A stretch of 56,286 nucleotides of DNA, counting the filler, from Sphacelaria rigidula (lineage: Eukaryota): the NCBI GenBank assembly GCA_964200075.2. It is 3 parts of 3 records of this genome, joined end to end, with 100 filler letters (N's around TTAATTAATTAA, not from the genome) between each part and the next. Parts side by side here need not be neighbours in the genome. Positions count along the whole stretch, not along the records: positions 18,797 to 37,492 come from CAXNAA020000812.1; positions 37,593 to 56,286 come from CAXNAA020000813.1; 1 more part is not named here. One strand, written 5' to 3'. A model generated the notes under the pieces. It was given only the letters and a program-made list of their open reading frames with translations. It ran no database searches and was not told where the DNA came from. Position 1 is the stretch's first letter, and every line of letters starts with the position of its first letter. The translations under genes and the position numbers were made by a program. Of the stretch, positions 35,097-48,100 are shown one piece after another.

Positions 35097-35797
35097 GTGA
35101 GCTGGGCAGGGAAGGGAGAGGTCTGCACACAGGTCACTTGCGGCAGATCACCTGCGGCAGAGCATATTCTGCAATGGGTACGGAGTTTCAGGCGTTTTGC
35201 GTGCCAACCGGGGGGGGGGGGGGGGGGGGAAAGGGTTTTTTTTGGGGGACAGGGGTTTTTTTGCAATTTTTTGTGGGGTGGGAGTTTTTGCGGCTTTCCC
35301 NNNNNNNNNNGCGGGAGGGCGATGCGGGAAAGTGGTGTGTGGGGGGGGGGGGGGGGGGGGTGGGGGGCGGGGGCGGCGGGGGGGGGGGGGGGGGGGGGGC
35401 GTAAATGCTTGTACTTGCGGACAGATGGATTTTTGCAACGTTCTCGAGGTGTGGACGTTTTGCACGCCTCCCGCGAACCATGCAATCTAGTCTCGTCGTG
35501 ATGAGGTTCCGTGACGACTGAATATGTAGGGCGTCCGCTCCTGACGGGAATCACCCAGAGCAAGCTACCAGGAGACTTTGCCCTCCCTCGTGTAGAGTAT
35601 CTCGATACAGGAGACTGATCCGGTATAAGTTCAGCCGTTGTGACAAAATAGACATGCACCTAAGTGCAGTGGACGGAAACCATGACAAACAGATGAACAA
35701 GTGAAACGTGGATAACTAGCACAGACGTCGGGCTAAGAATCATCATCGGTCCCAGAAGAAGCCCCGGTAGGGCCATGCCAGGGCTTCAGATATAATG

Positions 35798-36900
35798 TCA
35801 CACGAAACGCCGAGGCCGTGAGAGCAGATTGATGAGGCACATGCTCAACGGGATACTGCTCGCCCGTTCCAACTCCTGCGGTCGCTTTACTACGAACGCC
35901 GTATTGGCGGCCGATCGTTGGTGGCCAAATCCACATCGTTCCGGGGGAAACCCTGCCAAAAAAATCGTAGTCTTTTGGCTACAGAGGACGACGCCCGCAC
36001 GTGCCACGAGAGAGATGACCCCAAGGTCTCCACAGCCGGTCCTATCGTTATTCCTGGGTAGCAGTGGTATCCTTCCTACTCTCGTGGCATCTCTCCGGAC
36101 GTCGGCAACGACGATGCATTAGAACTTGCGAAGGATCTCCAAAGGGTGCCCATGATCCAAGCTTGTGAAGTTCAGCAGGTAGTCCATCCGGTCCCATCAT
36201 TTTCGCCGGTAGCCATAGCTGTCAGTGCGTGTATGTTTAGTAGTGAGTGACGGGTCTCCATTCAAAATAGGTTTCGGCAGTTGTGTGTGATATGCCTCTA
36301 CGAAAGGTTCGGTTGAAAGTGGTCGATGTCATATTCATCGAAGTGGATGAGTACCATTTCCATCTCTCATGGAACTGATCCCTGTATCGTAGCAGTTTCC
36401 CCTCCTCGTCGTTGACGTACTGTCTACCCTCTGGTCTTTTCCCCTCAAATCTTTCACTCTCCTGGAGATGGGCCTGCTTGTCTCCCAAGTCTCCACTTCT
36501 GCTGTACCACCCCAGCAGAATATACGGTTTTGTCTTGCGTGAGGTTCCTGACGATGAGCTGTGTGATGTGCTCACGTGTGTTGATGTCAGAAGTTATCGG
36601 TCGCTCATCCACAGATTTGCGGGTCGGGGCTCAACGTCACCTGTCGCGTGCGAGTAAGCGAACTGGCCGTCGCACTGTGGCGCAAACAATGTTGTAATCT
36701 GAGTTCGGCGACTTGGACGGATGGAGGTTGACTGTGATTTTGATCTGTCTGTCTTTGTTTCTAAGGTAGGCGTTGTCACACCGCCTTGGCTCGCTGCGAA
36801 CGACAGTTACTTGCAGCCTTACAGTCGTGACCCAGTGCTCCGTGACGTCCTCAATTCTTGTGGATGTGCATTGAACACGAGAAACGCGGCTCAAACAGAT
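35798..36900 (-). mobile_element. Degenerate RTE-clade LINE reverse-transcriptase remnant
   Basis: Frameshifted fragments YVNDEEGKLLR..ERW, GPDGLPAEL-like, DRTGCGDLGVISLVARAG, FPPERCGFGHQRSAANTAFVVKRPQEL..IPLSMCLINL, corresponding to RT subdomains 0-3; upstream boundary approximate. Confidence 0.8.
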
Positions 36901-37492
36901 GGAAACACTCAATCATTTGATGGATCCAGAGGGGTTGCTCGTGTTACGACTGGTTTGACGATCGGTTGTAGCCGTCTGAAATTCTGGGTGAATTTTCACA
37001 CTCACCGTAGGTTCTTTATCACGACGCGCGGTTGAGTCAAAACATCCCACGGCAGAAAGACACGCCAAGTAAGCATCACCCTTTATTTTGGCAGGTACTG
37101 CCTACAGCAGCAAACCACTATGATACTCCCAGCTCTAAAACAACGGCCACATGGAAGTTTCATTTGCGGTTGAGTAATTTAGTACCTCTGATGGTACTAT
37201 ATATCTATGTGGCTGTTGGGCGCAACAGACTATCGTTCGCGAATCGAAAAAGAATTCTCAGTATCTCTTGCCCCCCCCCCCAATCTCTCGGCTACTCGAG
37301 TCCTTCGCGTGGTGTCAGCACCATGTGGTCTACGAAGCTGCGCCCTTGTTCAATCGATCCAATCCAATGCCTTGTGTTCTTGAATGATTTTTCTTCCCCC
37401 CCCCCCTTCAAAACAGTGCAGTGCTCCGTCTCGAAAGGGATGCGTGGTCAATGGTCAAACGACGAAGGCAAGCAACAAATGAGTACGCCCCC

Positions 37493-37592
37493 NNNNNNNN
37501 NNNNNNNNNNNNNNNNNNNNNNNNNNNNNNNNNNNNTTAATTAATTAANNNNNNNNNNNNNNNNNNNNNNNNNNNNNNNNNNNNNNNNNNNN
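37493..37592. other. Artificial contig linker
   Basis: N44-TTAATTAATTAA-N44. Confidence 0.97.
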
Positions 37593-37924
37593 GGGATGCG
37601 TGGTCAATGGTCACACGACTGAGGCAAGCAACAAATGAGTAACCGCCGCTCCCCCCCAGAGATCAAACCGTAAGAAACGATCTTATTTTGATATTTTTTA
37701 CTCGTATAATGTACATGTTTTCATATTACACCTGCGGCAGTATTGATATAGGCGTATATATATACATATATATATATATATATACTCCGAGGCTTCTCAC
37801 GCTACGTGTTCCCATGGCAAAACCTATGTAGTTCCCCTAAAGCCGTATACCTACTGCAGATACACCCGTGAGCCATTCTTGAACCAATATCAACTATGAA
37901 TCATCCCCTTGGAACCAACACCGC

Positions 37925-38170
37925 AAGGATCGGACGAATCATCGCCGCTTCGAATCATCAAAATCACAGTTTCTGATATCTGATTGATCCAAGAGAGAGA
38001 ATGAAGTTGAACGCGGGACAGAACAATATCCGAGCACTTTTTTGCGCTATTCCACGTGCCTGGCGTGCGTGTAACCTGGGGTGCATGCATCGCTGAAAAC
38101 AAAGCCCAAGGATTGCTTGATTCGTGCGGTACGAATCAATTACATTGAAAGCAAGTAATTTTCAGACGAA
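37925..38170 (+). repeat. Dispersed repeat with terminal hairpin GATTCGTGCGGTACGAATC
   Basis: Inverted homologue at 42660-42905; partial copy at 18620-18696. Confidence 0.7.
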
Positions 38171-38839
38171 TTAATAAATGCCCGACCCTAGCAACACTCT
38201 ACTGCACTTTTCACCACAACGTTGTACTCAACAAGCCTTCGGGGGCAAGACGATATTTTCGGAATGACATCGCCGGCGGACGTTCAACGCCGATAACCTC
38301 GACGACATCGCTTAAAGTAGCAGCTCCTTCCTGTGAGCACCACCTCCGAACGACGACATATCCGACGTGTAATAATCATACGGTTCCCCACCCCCGAATC
38401 ATGTAATATGGCGTTGTGAATGACAGCAAAGCATTCGTTTTTTACACAACAATCCGGTGGTTTACTTGTATCAAGAGCCAATCTGTAGTCTCTCGCGCTC
38501 TAGAAGCTTTTCAAAAGGCTGACGGGGAAGGAAAACCCGGTGTTTTCGAGTACAGTAGCACATATCGGTCTTGAAAGTAAGCAACTGACTCGTCGTACAT
38601 GAGCTTCCGAGCAATATCTGACTTCGGTCGTTGAACGTTGAAAACGGAGGTACGTCTACTCGAACTGCTTGACAACTTATATGGCCGAATATGTTTTTCT
38701 TTGCCAAAACCCTAACGCCCAGCCCCAACCGTTACCCGAAGCCAAGCATACGGAGAACCTTCGGGCGAGGGGTGTGGATGTGATATGCAAGGCGAACTGT
38801 TCGTTGGGCGGGGCTCACATCGGAGCCGCAGGCGCCGAT

Positions 38840-38948
38840 TTAACCCTGTGACCACAAGGGTAGATCACCTGCTGAATCGGCATCAATATTCACTTGAAAA
38901 AAGTATAGGTGGTCCAGATGGACTACCCGCATCGCGGTGTAGGGTTAA
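38840..38948. mobile_element. piggyBac-like MITE
   Basis: TTAA-CCCTGTGACC...TCGCGGTGTAGGG-TTAA with TGAATCGGCATCA core. Confidence 0.75.
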
Positions 38949-39669
38949 GCCAAAACGCTTCCTGTGCACGTGGTACTGTCAGCTCCCGAAAGATCCGAAT
39001 ATAGCACTCTACACTAAAATCAAGTACCCGTTCAGCTATAGATTTTTTCCAACGAGTTCGAGTAAACTACTATGAAATCGTGAGAACAGACGTCAGTAAG
39101 AGTAGAAAAAAAATGGGGGGGAGTGCTGATTCTTGAGACTACCGAGGGAGGGAGAAGACTTGAAGCATGACGAGAAAGAGGTCGAGAGCGAGTTTTGTCG
39201 ACATGATCAATATCGTCGGGGATTAATACATATGGAACAAAAACCCATGTATGCTCTCCCCTACACTTGCTTCGCGTTGAACCTGTATCTTGAACCTGCA
39301 CACCGTGTGAGCTGGACATTCTCTACACCTAGAAGAAGTGTTGAGGGTTTGCAAGCGAGTAAGCACGCAAATCAAAAGTCACGATATCACACCGTGTAGA
39401 TGCACATAGCTTGCACACAACTTACTCCATAAACAAGTTGTTTGTCCATGCTGGCCTCTGCAAAACAGTGTGCACCACACAGGGAATATACAAGCATGAA
39501 AACAATACTTACACCCGGCTGGCCCACACAACGCGTCCATGTCCCGGGCTTTGGTTGTTGCTCAATATACCGTTTGGCGTCTCGCCGACCCATTCTGCTT
39601 TACGTGCAAGCACGTGGCCAACGTGGAAAATCAAACAAGGAAGGTTCAGTTGCCGCTGCTCTGTTTCAC

Positions 39670-39806
39670 CTTCTGGCATCTGACGGTCGTACCATCCTTG
39701 CCTAGCTCCACAGACGCGTTAGTCACTTCTCGCAGATGTCTCTCCATGTCCGTCCGGCGCTTGAGAAGCAGACGCCTCAAAGCGCGCAAAACTCCGCTGC
39801 CGCTGT
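39670..39806 (-). CDS. ZW10: ZW10 exon 4
   Basis: Tandem CAGCAG acceptor; DSGSGVLRALRRLLLKRRTDMERHLREVTNASVELGKDGTTVRCQK|GTGAAA (alternative donor after 39693). Confidence 0.7.
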
Positions 39807-42800
39807 CTGCTGGCATTCGTTGAGAGCAAAGAAGAAATAAGTCTTGACCATCTTACAACAGCACCTGTATCTTGCTGCTACTGGCAGATGCTTATTTTGC
39901 GCACCAACAATAAAAATGAGATTCGTGTACATGTGTTCATATCATGTCAAGCACGGTACAGTATTTGTAATCTCATGACGCCGTAGGTTGGCGCTTCGTC
40001 ATAAACAACGAGGCAAATGTGTGTTGCCGTCTCATTCGTTCTGGACGCCAGTCTACACCTTCCGGTATCTTCGGGCGCATCAGCCGGGGTCACACAGGAG
40101 GAGGAAGGCCAACAGAGGAATTTTGTCTTCACGTATGATTTTTTTCAAGTAATCCATCTTCCCTCTGCGGTGCTTGCCTTATTTTTTCATCGCAAGAAGG
40201 ATTCAGCAGTCATTTTTCCTCGTCAACCGTGAAGCCGAGTTTTGTGTACCCACGACACAGTCGCTCTCCACCATTGGGCACCGTGTGAGACAACATCCCA
40301 GATCATGTGACCGTACCGAGATCCAAACCCACGAGCCCACCGTCGGAATGATTCAAGGGCACCAACTGAGCCACCGGGGCGACCGGCGTGTAATCATTTA
40401 GACAGAGAAACATACATGAAAAAAATCAACCATGGTACCCCGGGCGCTCTGCTGTCGCTATGCACGTTTCAGGGGAGGGGAGGAGGGGCGGCGGCGGGGG
40501 GGGGGGGATACGACCATGGCTTAGTGAACCCTAGTTTGTCTCTGTCTGCGTCGTCATCGGGGAAAACGAACAAACACAATCGTCTCGGGGCGGCTGTATA
40601 TATCGGAATAGTTTCGGCAACAACCTGTTGTATTTTCTTTTTTTATCAGCGTTACTTTTTTGGCAAAATGTTGTTTCAAGAATGAAGTAGCCGCGGTTCC
40701 GAATCCCCTTCGTTGTGTGATCCCCGTGTCGTGAGTTTCTCGGGTGCTTACGGTGAGTGAAAAAAAAAAAAAAGAGCTCGACACTGTCCATTTTTTCACG
40801 TGTTCGATTTTTTGCGAGAAACATACGTTTATGTGCACATGCCGACGTTTAAAAAAAAATGATGTCCGTTTCTTGTACGGAAGCTGGGAAAAGAAGGGAT
40901 GAGAAGAGACCGAGGAGAGCAACACATCTAAGACAAGAAGTGAAGGAAAAAAAAAACGAAAATGTGTTGAAAATCCTCACCCGTATCACACTGCACTCGC
41001 TGTTTTCTTCTACCGACAAGAAACGCCTAAACAAGGAAATACAATTTGAAAAAAAATCGACATGAGAGAGAGCATACAAGGGAGCTCCAGTTAACGGCCC
41101 GTGAGTTTGTGGATAGAAACAGAACACATCGTACACGCTACGGAGAGTAGAGTTCTCGTGAGGACTCTGTCTGATGGGGGGGAAACTTTCGTCTAGCTTG
41201 TTTAGGAGACGAGGTTGCGGAACCCAGGGAATGACAGAAACGTTCTCACCAAGATGGACACAATATATCTCTTGAAAACCATTTCGGAGACCATCTGGAT
41301 AGTAATAATAGTAATAATAGTAATAATAAATCATCATAATGACAGTCACAAGAAAAATGATAAGAAAGACAAAAATAAGAATACACGGAAGCAAATACTA
41401 TAAACACATGTAAAAAAAAACGGAAGTGAAGAACAAACGCACGAGCAGAAAGTCGAACAAAACAAGGGAAACACAACAAAGATATTAGACAAACGGACGG
41501 ACACCGATGAACTTCCTAATCATCGCTCCCTTTCATGTACTGTACCTGCCGCGTGGTTTGGGCGATTTTCCTTGCCCGAACCCCCCCACCCTCGCCCAAC
41601 GGCGGCTGACGGGCTAGCGGCATTTGCCTCGGCTTGCTGCAGCTCCAGCAGCAGGGTTTCCGCACGGGATATAGCGGCTGCGGCGGCAACATAGTCGTTC
41701 TTCATGAGGAGCTGCTGTGATGACGTCAGGCACTCGTCCGCCTGGAGAATGACCATCACAGCAGTTTCTTAGAATGTAAGAGATTCGCGGAGAATACATG
41801 GACACGAATATTGTTCGAGAAAAGAGACGTACAACTGTTGTGCGGTAAAAAAAGAGGTATGGAGCATGACCACCACAAAAAAACGATGATGTTGTTTAAT
41901 CATTGCGTTAGTGCTCATGTCCAGTCCGGCAGTCGAAAGTTGGAAAATACGAAAATACCCAAACAAGCGGGAAAAGAAATGTAACTTCTTTGGCGGAAGC
42001 ACATCGTACCGCCATGGCGAGCTACAGGCGGTACTTTCCTCATGCTGAAACAAATGCGCCGTCAACACAAAATGCTCGGGTGACCACAAATCTAGGCAAG
42101 GGCATACCAGGTGAGGAACCAGAGTTCATCAGAAGAAAACACGGATGTGCACAATTTTCATATATACATAAATAATCAAAACGACTGTATTGCGATAGAA
42201 GGGGGCATGGATCATGACAAAAAAATATAATCGCGTTCAGAGTGTTGGGAGTTTCGCGAAAAGTGCGTAGATGCTCGAGAGAGAGGAAGCGGTTGTACTG
42301 TCACAAAAGGCTGGAATATAACATGTCAAGAACAGTTTTCAGATTGCGACGGCTTTTGTGACAATAGGTGCTATAGGAGAAAAAGGAAAATCGCCGTGTA
42401 TTTGCACAACCGTGGCAATATGTTGTGCTATGTGAGGGGATCGTGCGAAATTTAGAGGTGTTATTTTGAAAACAAAATAGCTGTGTTGGAGTACGACCAT
42501 CGCAATATTTCACACCCTGAACGATTGATGGTCAAGAGTTGCAATAGGGCTATACCTTACGCAGGGTGTGCAATATTTCCAAGTTGGAGTTGGGGTCCCA
42601 ATACAATGCGGTCAAAGTCACTTCTCACAAGTCCAGTCAGTTCAAGGATCGGACGGATTAATTATTCGTCTGGAAACTACTTCATTTCAGTGTAATTGAT
42701 CCGTGCGGTACGAATCTATCCTTAGACTTTGTTCTCAGCGATGCAACACAGGTACGCGAAGCTCAGGCACGTGTAATGGCGCAAAAATTGCGTGGAGACC

Positions 42801-45102
42801 ATTTCGACCAGCGGTCGACTCTTTTCTCTCTTTTGAGCAATCAGGCCTGACAAATCGTGGATTTGGTGATTCGAACCGGCGGTGATTCGCCCGAACCGTG
42901 ATTTCAGTTATATACTAAACTCGGCCAGTTGCACTATACTCTATATTATATCCCACGACGGAGCAATCATCCCGGGCGGGTGACCCACCGCACGATGCTC
43001 AGAACTCTTGAAGCGTCTTCTCTAAAAACAAATCTAGAAAATGAAAAGATGCTGCGTTCTGATAACATGTCGCGTGCCAAGTAGGAACACATTACAGTAC
43101 ATTTCAGAGTGTCGAGGGCTCCGTGTAAAACTACAGTATAGTAGCGTTAAAAGAAGAATCGACTCGTTGGGTTGATATACTACCGGATTATGACCATCCC
43201 AGCAGTATGTGGAAGGGATGTCGTGAAAAACACCACACCCTGTAGAACTTCAACTGATTTCAGGTTGCCCGCAATTTGCTCTGGGATGAATATGTCGAGC
43301 AACTATGATATAGATTTTTGTCGACAACAAATACGTCAAAATATTGCGCAAATGGTTTCCTGTAGGCAGCTACGGGATGAGAAACTCGTGCAACAGCAGC
43401 TTTCTTATGGACAACGTCCAGCAAATGATTCGCTGGGTATATTTGCATGTGAGAATTTCGGGCGAATTTTTCGCGCAGCGAGTTGCCTGACGACAACTCT
43501 CGGTCGAAACCTTCGCGCGACTAGTTGCCCGTGAACAATCCTTGGGCGTGAAACCTGTACAACTAGCTGTACGTCAGCAACTACAGTAGTGGGCCGTCTA
43601 ACTATTCAGTGGTGTTTTGGGGTTTTCCTCGCGTACTACTTTTCGATAGAACTCGAAATTGCTAGCGTCGGTATATTTCGGTACAATAAACAGATCATCC
43701 TTGGAACACAGTGCCCAAGTCAGTGTTAGTTGGTGTCATCGGGCGATCCGAGTAAATACCCCGTTTATCAGGAGGGTGTTTTTTACCGTGAAGCACGGTT
43801 TTTCGGCTCTTGTGCAATTAGTAGGTAGAATTAAAGAGAAAAACTGTACATTCCTTCACAGAAATGATCGGGACAGGCTCAATCCACCGAAAATACCGAA
43901 GAATATGGGCTGAAACGTGGCAGGACTCCCGATGACCGGTCAGCCCGTTAGTCACTAAATATTGAGTACAGATGATTTATTTTGCCATGTGGAGCGGATA
44001 CAAATATCTTCAGATCCCCAACGTGATGAGCGGTGGCAAGCTAAAAGAGTCCAAGAAAATCTCCAATTACGAAAAAAATCACCAAATGCCACAACATCAT
44101 TAGTTAGACCACCCACTACTGTACAGCCAAACAACTACTCAGCTACGCAACCGTAAACCACTGAACGGTTACTGGTTATACGAGGTATGAGAAAATACGC
44201 AAAATAATGTGGAGCAGCGAAACGATTATTTCGTGTGACTTTTTGTTTCACTTCATAATATAGCCCATCAGGACACGTCTCGAGTGAAAGAAGTTCGTCC
44301 ACCTTGTGCTAACCTTGCTACTTCTCGACCGCTAGTCTTCAGAGACGATCAATCTACGACTTGAAGCAAAGAAGCAAACATAAAGAATGCCACATCTCGC
44401 CTGAATGAGCCCATCTAGCGCGGTTATGACGGACTTGCATCTCGCCGCCTGCGCCGCCAGCCTGTTAACCTCGCCCAAGTGCCCTGAGGTGGTGGAAGCC
44501 AACGACGAGTTCCGGCTGTCCACGACCCTCGCCAGCTGTTGAACCTCTGCCTTCAGAGCCTGGCGAAAAAAACAGGATAGACAGCGATCAGGTACACCGA
44601 TCACAGGCACAATTACCATTCGGGATACATCTTCGCAGGACATTTTCAAGCGAAATGAGTACAAGTATGTCGTAAGGCATCGTAGCTTCCTTGCAAGTTC
44701 TCGGTGTCAGCCCCAAAGCCAGACCCACAGTGGACGTGATGCGTGGATGGCACCGCAAACTCGACAACAGCACATGCACCCGCCCCTGTACAAGGGCATC
44801 GCAAAACCGTGTACGGACTGCTGGTATTTTTTTTCACTGATTGGTGTCGCACACTGACTCACCTCCGAGGGACCCGGCCGTGGTCATACGATAGACTTAT
44901 ATACCCAATGTGAACAATATGAAAACGCTTGATGAAAAAAAGACTGAACAAACGGGGTGGAATGAAGGAAAAAATCTACACAAAGTGAACAACAATAACA
45001 AAACTAAGCAGAAGAAAACGAAACGGACGGAGAAGAACTAGTAAAATGATACAAGTGGTACTAATAATACTCATAGTAATACTTGTTATGATACAGTAAT
45101 GA

Positions 45103-45151
<49 letters not shown>

Positions 45152-48100
45152 GCTACTACTACTACAACAACTACTATACTACTACTAGTACCACTAGTAC
45201 TACAACTACAACTACACCTACACCAACAACAACTACAACTACAACTACTATGAGTAGTACTACGAATAATAACAAGAAAATAAACTGGAAATTGCCTGCC
45301 TCTGCGGCATGGTTTCAGGAGAAGAAAAATCCGTGTGCAAGGGGGGAAAAGTACATACGCCAATACAAAAAACGAGAGAAAAAAGCCGTGGGAGCATATC
45401 ATGGCTTAAATATTTCGGGCAAAACTACCGGGACATGAGCCCTCACCCATGAGCCCTACGGAAGCAAGGTACCAAACTGCTACTCTATAAACCTGACGGG
45501 AAAGAAATAGCGAGAGAGAGAGAAATGGAGAGAAAATGGAGAGATAGAACAGAAAAGAAGGAGAACGCGGAAGCGATGACGCCCAAGGACACAGTAGAGC
45601 ATGCACAAATTAACAACAGAGGCACACCGCAAGATCACAGGCCAAGGGAAACTCAACACCGGACAGAAGAAGACAAGGGTACATGAGTTTCCGTGTTCGC
45701 CCAGGGTCCTCCACTCTTCTCTAGTCGCGTACAAAGCGGGATTCTGTCGACCATTTCCATCCTGGATTCCTAACGAGCTGTTGCTGTGCTGCGTCAGAGG
45801 TGGCGACGCTTCAGTTGGCTGCTTTCAATGCAGCAGCCTCTCGTTTGTGGAAAAAGTCCGATTGGAGTTTGTCTTCGCGTCGCAACGTCTCCTCGAAGTC
45901 CTTCACCCCTTTCTCGACTCCAAGATGCCATTGGCCCGTGTTATTCATCGCAGTGACTCAATTATGTAAGTCCTTGACCTCCACACTTACGACGAACCAC
46001 ATTCGCCGTGTTCCTTTGCATGGGAAAGCCCCTGATGCACATACTGTAGGTTCTCCTGAAGGCAGTTCCCTCAGTGCTGAGGGGATCGTCCAGCCTCCTT
46101 GGGGCCTTTTCCGGCTAACCGTCCGAACATGATGAGATTTGGAGGACGTGTTTTATCCTCCCGGACAAAGGCCCCCGCGAACCAGAGTTGACGCTCGCAG
46201 ATGATCGTCTCGATACGTCCGCAGTTGGTCATCTCGAGCACAACTCTGTACGAAATATTCTTTTAGCCTGTTCGCTCCTTCCTGCGGATTCCGACCCCTC
46301 CCAGTGAAAGCTGGTGGTGGGCAGGGCGTAGACCCTTGAAGTCCTCGGGACGAAGCGTTCTTGCAGCACATCCGTGCAGCGTAGCTTCCATCACCCCGCT
46401 CTAAGCAGCCGAAAATTTCAGAGGTAGCCGGGCGTTGCGTCCATCGTAGAGTTGGGAACTTCGCCTTCGGAGGCGTGCCCACACTGTGTCGATGCAGCGA
46501 TTGACTTCGATGGAAATGTTCGCAACCGCGCTGACAGCATCAACAAGGCAGACAACCGTGGCGGTTGAGTCATACCGTTGACCTGCCCCCTTGGTGTGCA
46601 ACGTAGTCTCTATGGAGCTGGATACTGACCACAGGCACACGGACTCCGTCTTACTCTCCGATACCGTCAATCTGAACTGTTGCCACAAGATCTTCCGCAA
46701 GCGTCCCGACCTCTGCCATGTTGCCGAGGAGAGCACATACTCCCTCTGTCCCGTAAGTAAAGGTCCTTATGGGGGGCAAATCATATCTCGCCAATGGAGT
46801 TGCCCACGATGCCAAAGTTAGGTTTCCTGAAAAGCTATTGATACGGTGCTCATAAAATAGACTAAAGTCCGACTCGGACTTGAGAATTAGTGGGTCAAAG
46901 AGTGGAAAATTTGGCGGGTTTTTGGGATTTTTTTTCATCTCGATGGGCTGTAACGACTTTGGTGTGGAGCATACCGGGGTATCGGCGCGGCAGAAGGCAG
47001 GTACGTTAGAAAGGGTGATTAAACATGAGGAGGGGGCGTTTACGGAGGCCTGGGAACTATATAGCATCGAACCCCAGTGACGGAGAGGACTATTAACGAA
47101 AAGGTTTTTCCCGACACTTTTTCGCCCCTGGAAAAAGGGCAAAATACGGTCTTTTTTGGGGTCTACTGCTTTTTTTCGGCCCTTCATGCATGCAGGGTGG
47201 TGTGTGCAAAAGAAGGAAAAAAACGGGTTTCGACTGAAAAACACTCTGATTGAAAAAAAAATACCACCTACGGCATCGGACACCGTTAAGAGCCTGTGTA
47301 ATCATAAGGACCTCTACTTATGGGGCAGAAGAAGTATGCCGCAAGTACGTTTCCGTTCGTGGGATATGCGGCGCAACCCCACCTGATGTGATCTTGCCAC
47401 GGTTGACTATAATAGTGTATTTTCCCGCATTTTGTCCGCATTTTTGCATGTGGATTTCTCCACATCAGCTGAGAGTATCTCCGTGATACTTGGAGCACTA
47501 GTCGGGGGCATCACAAACAGCATGTTTCTCGGGCGCCGACGGTTGCGGTGCGTGAGGCAGGCATACCAACAAAAAAAAAGTTCGGCAAATCCGTGAAAAT
47601 GCCGTCGAAATAGCTGCCCCGCTGCCGAGAAATACGTGCACCATCGGCACGTGGAACGCTGCTGCGCTGAGAAACAAACGTGGATCAGTACTGGTACACC
47701 AGCTGGGTAATGACAATCTGTGCGAAACGCCTGGAGGTATTGCATGTAGAGGCGATAAGTTCGAGAGGCACGGCAGCACACGCACTGTAGGCGCTGCGAG
47801 ACGCCGAAACTTCTCCCATATCTCATCACAACCAAAGACAACAACCTCATCTCGCTGAATCTGTTGTGGAGCCTCGCAGCAGCATGTGTGGGGGTGACAA
47901 AAGGTCAGATTCTGTTGTGATTTTTTTTTTCTTCTATAGGTGCAAGACTGGGTTTCTTAACAAAAAAAGGTACTCTCACAGGCACTTCATTTACGCGCCT
48001 CAAGCCAAATACCACGTGTGAATAAATAAACAAATGGTTGGGCATGCTGCCCAGACACCTTGGGCGTGGGGCTGAGGCGCTGGGACGTGTTTTCGAGGTG

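Noticed and set aside
35097-35501. Extension of ORF 34650-35501 and possible G-quadruplexes
   Set aside because: Lies after a strong donor; the poly-G runs around an N gap look like low-quality sequence
38220-38332. Possible ZW10 exon 5 (EGAATLSDVVEVIG...)
   Set aside because: Poor polypyrimidine tract and only a faint motif resemblance
45061-45402. Poly-Val/Cys ORF
   Set aside because: Translation of the (ACT)n microsatellite
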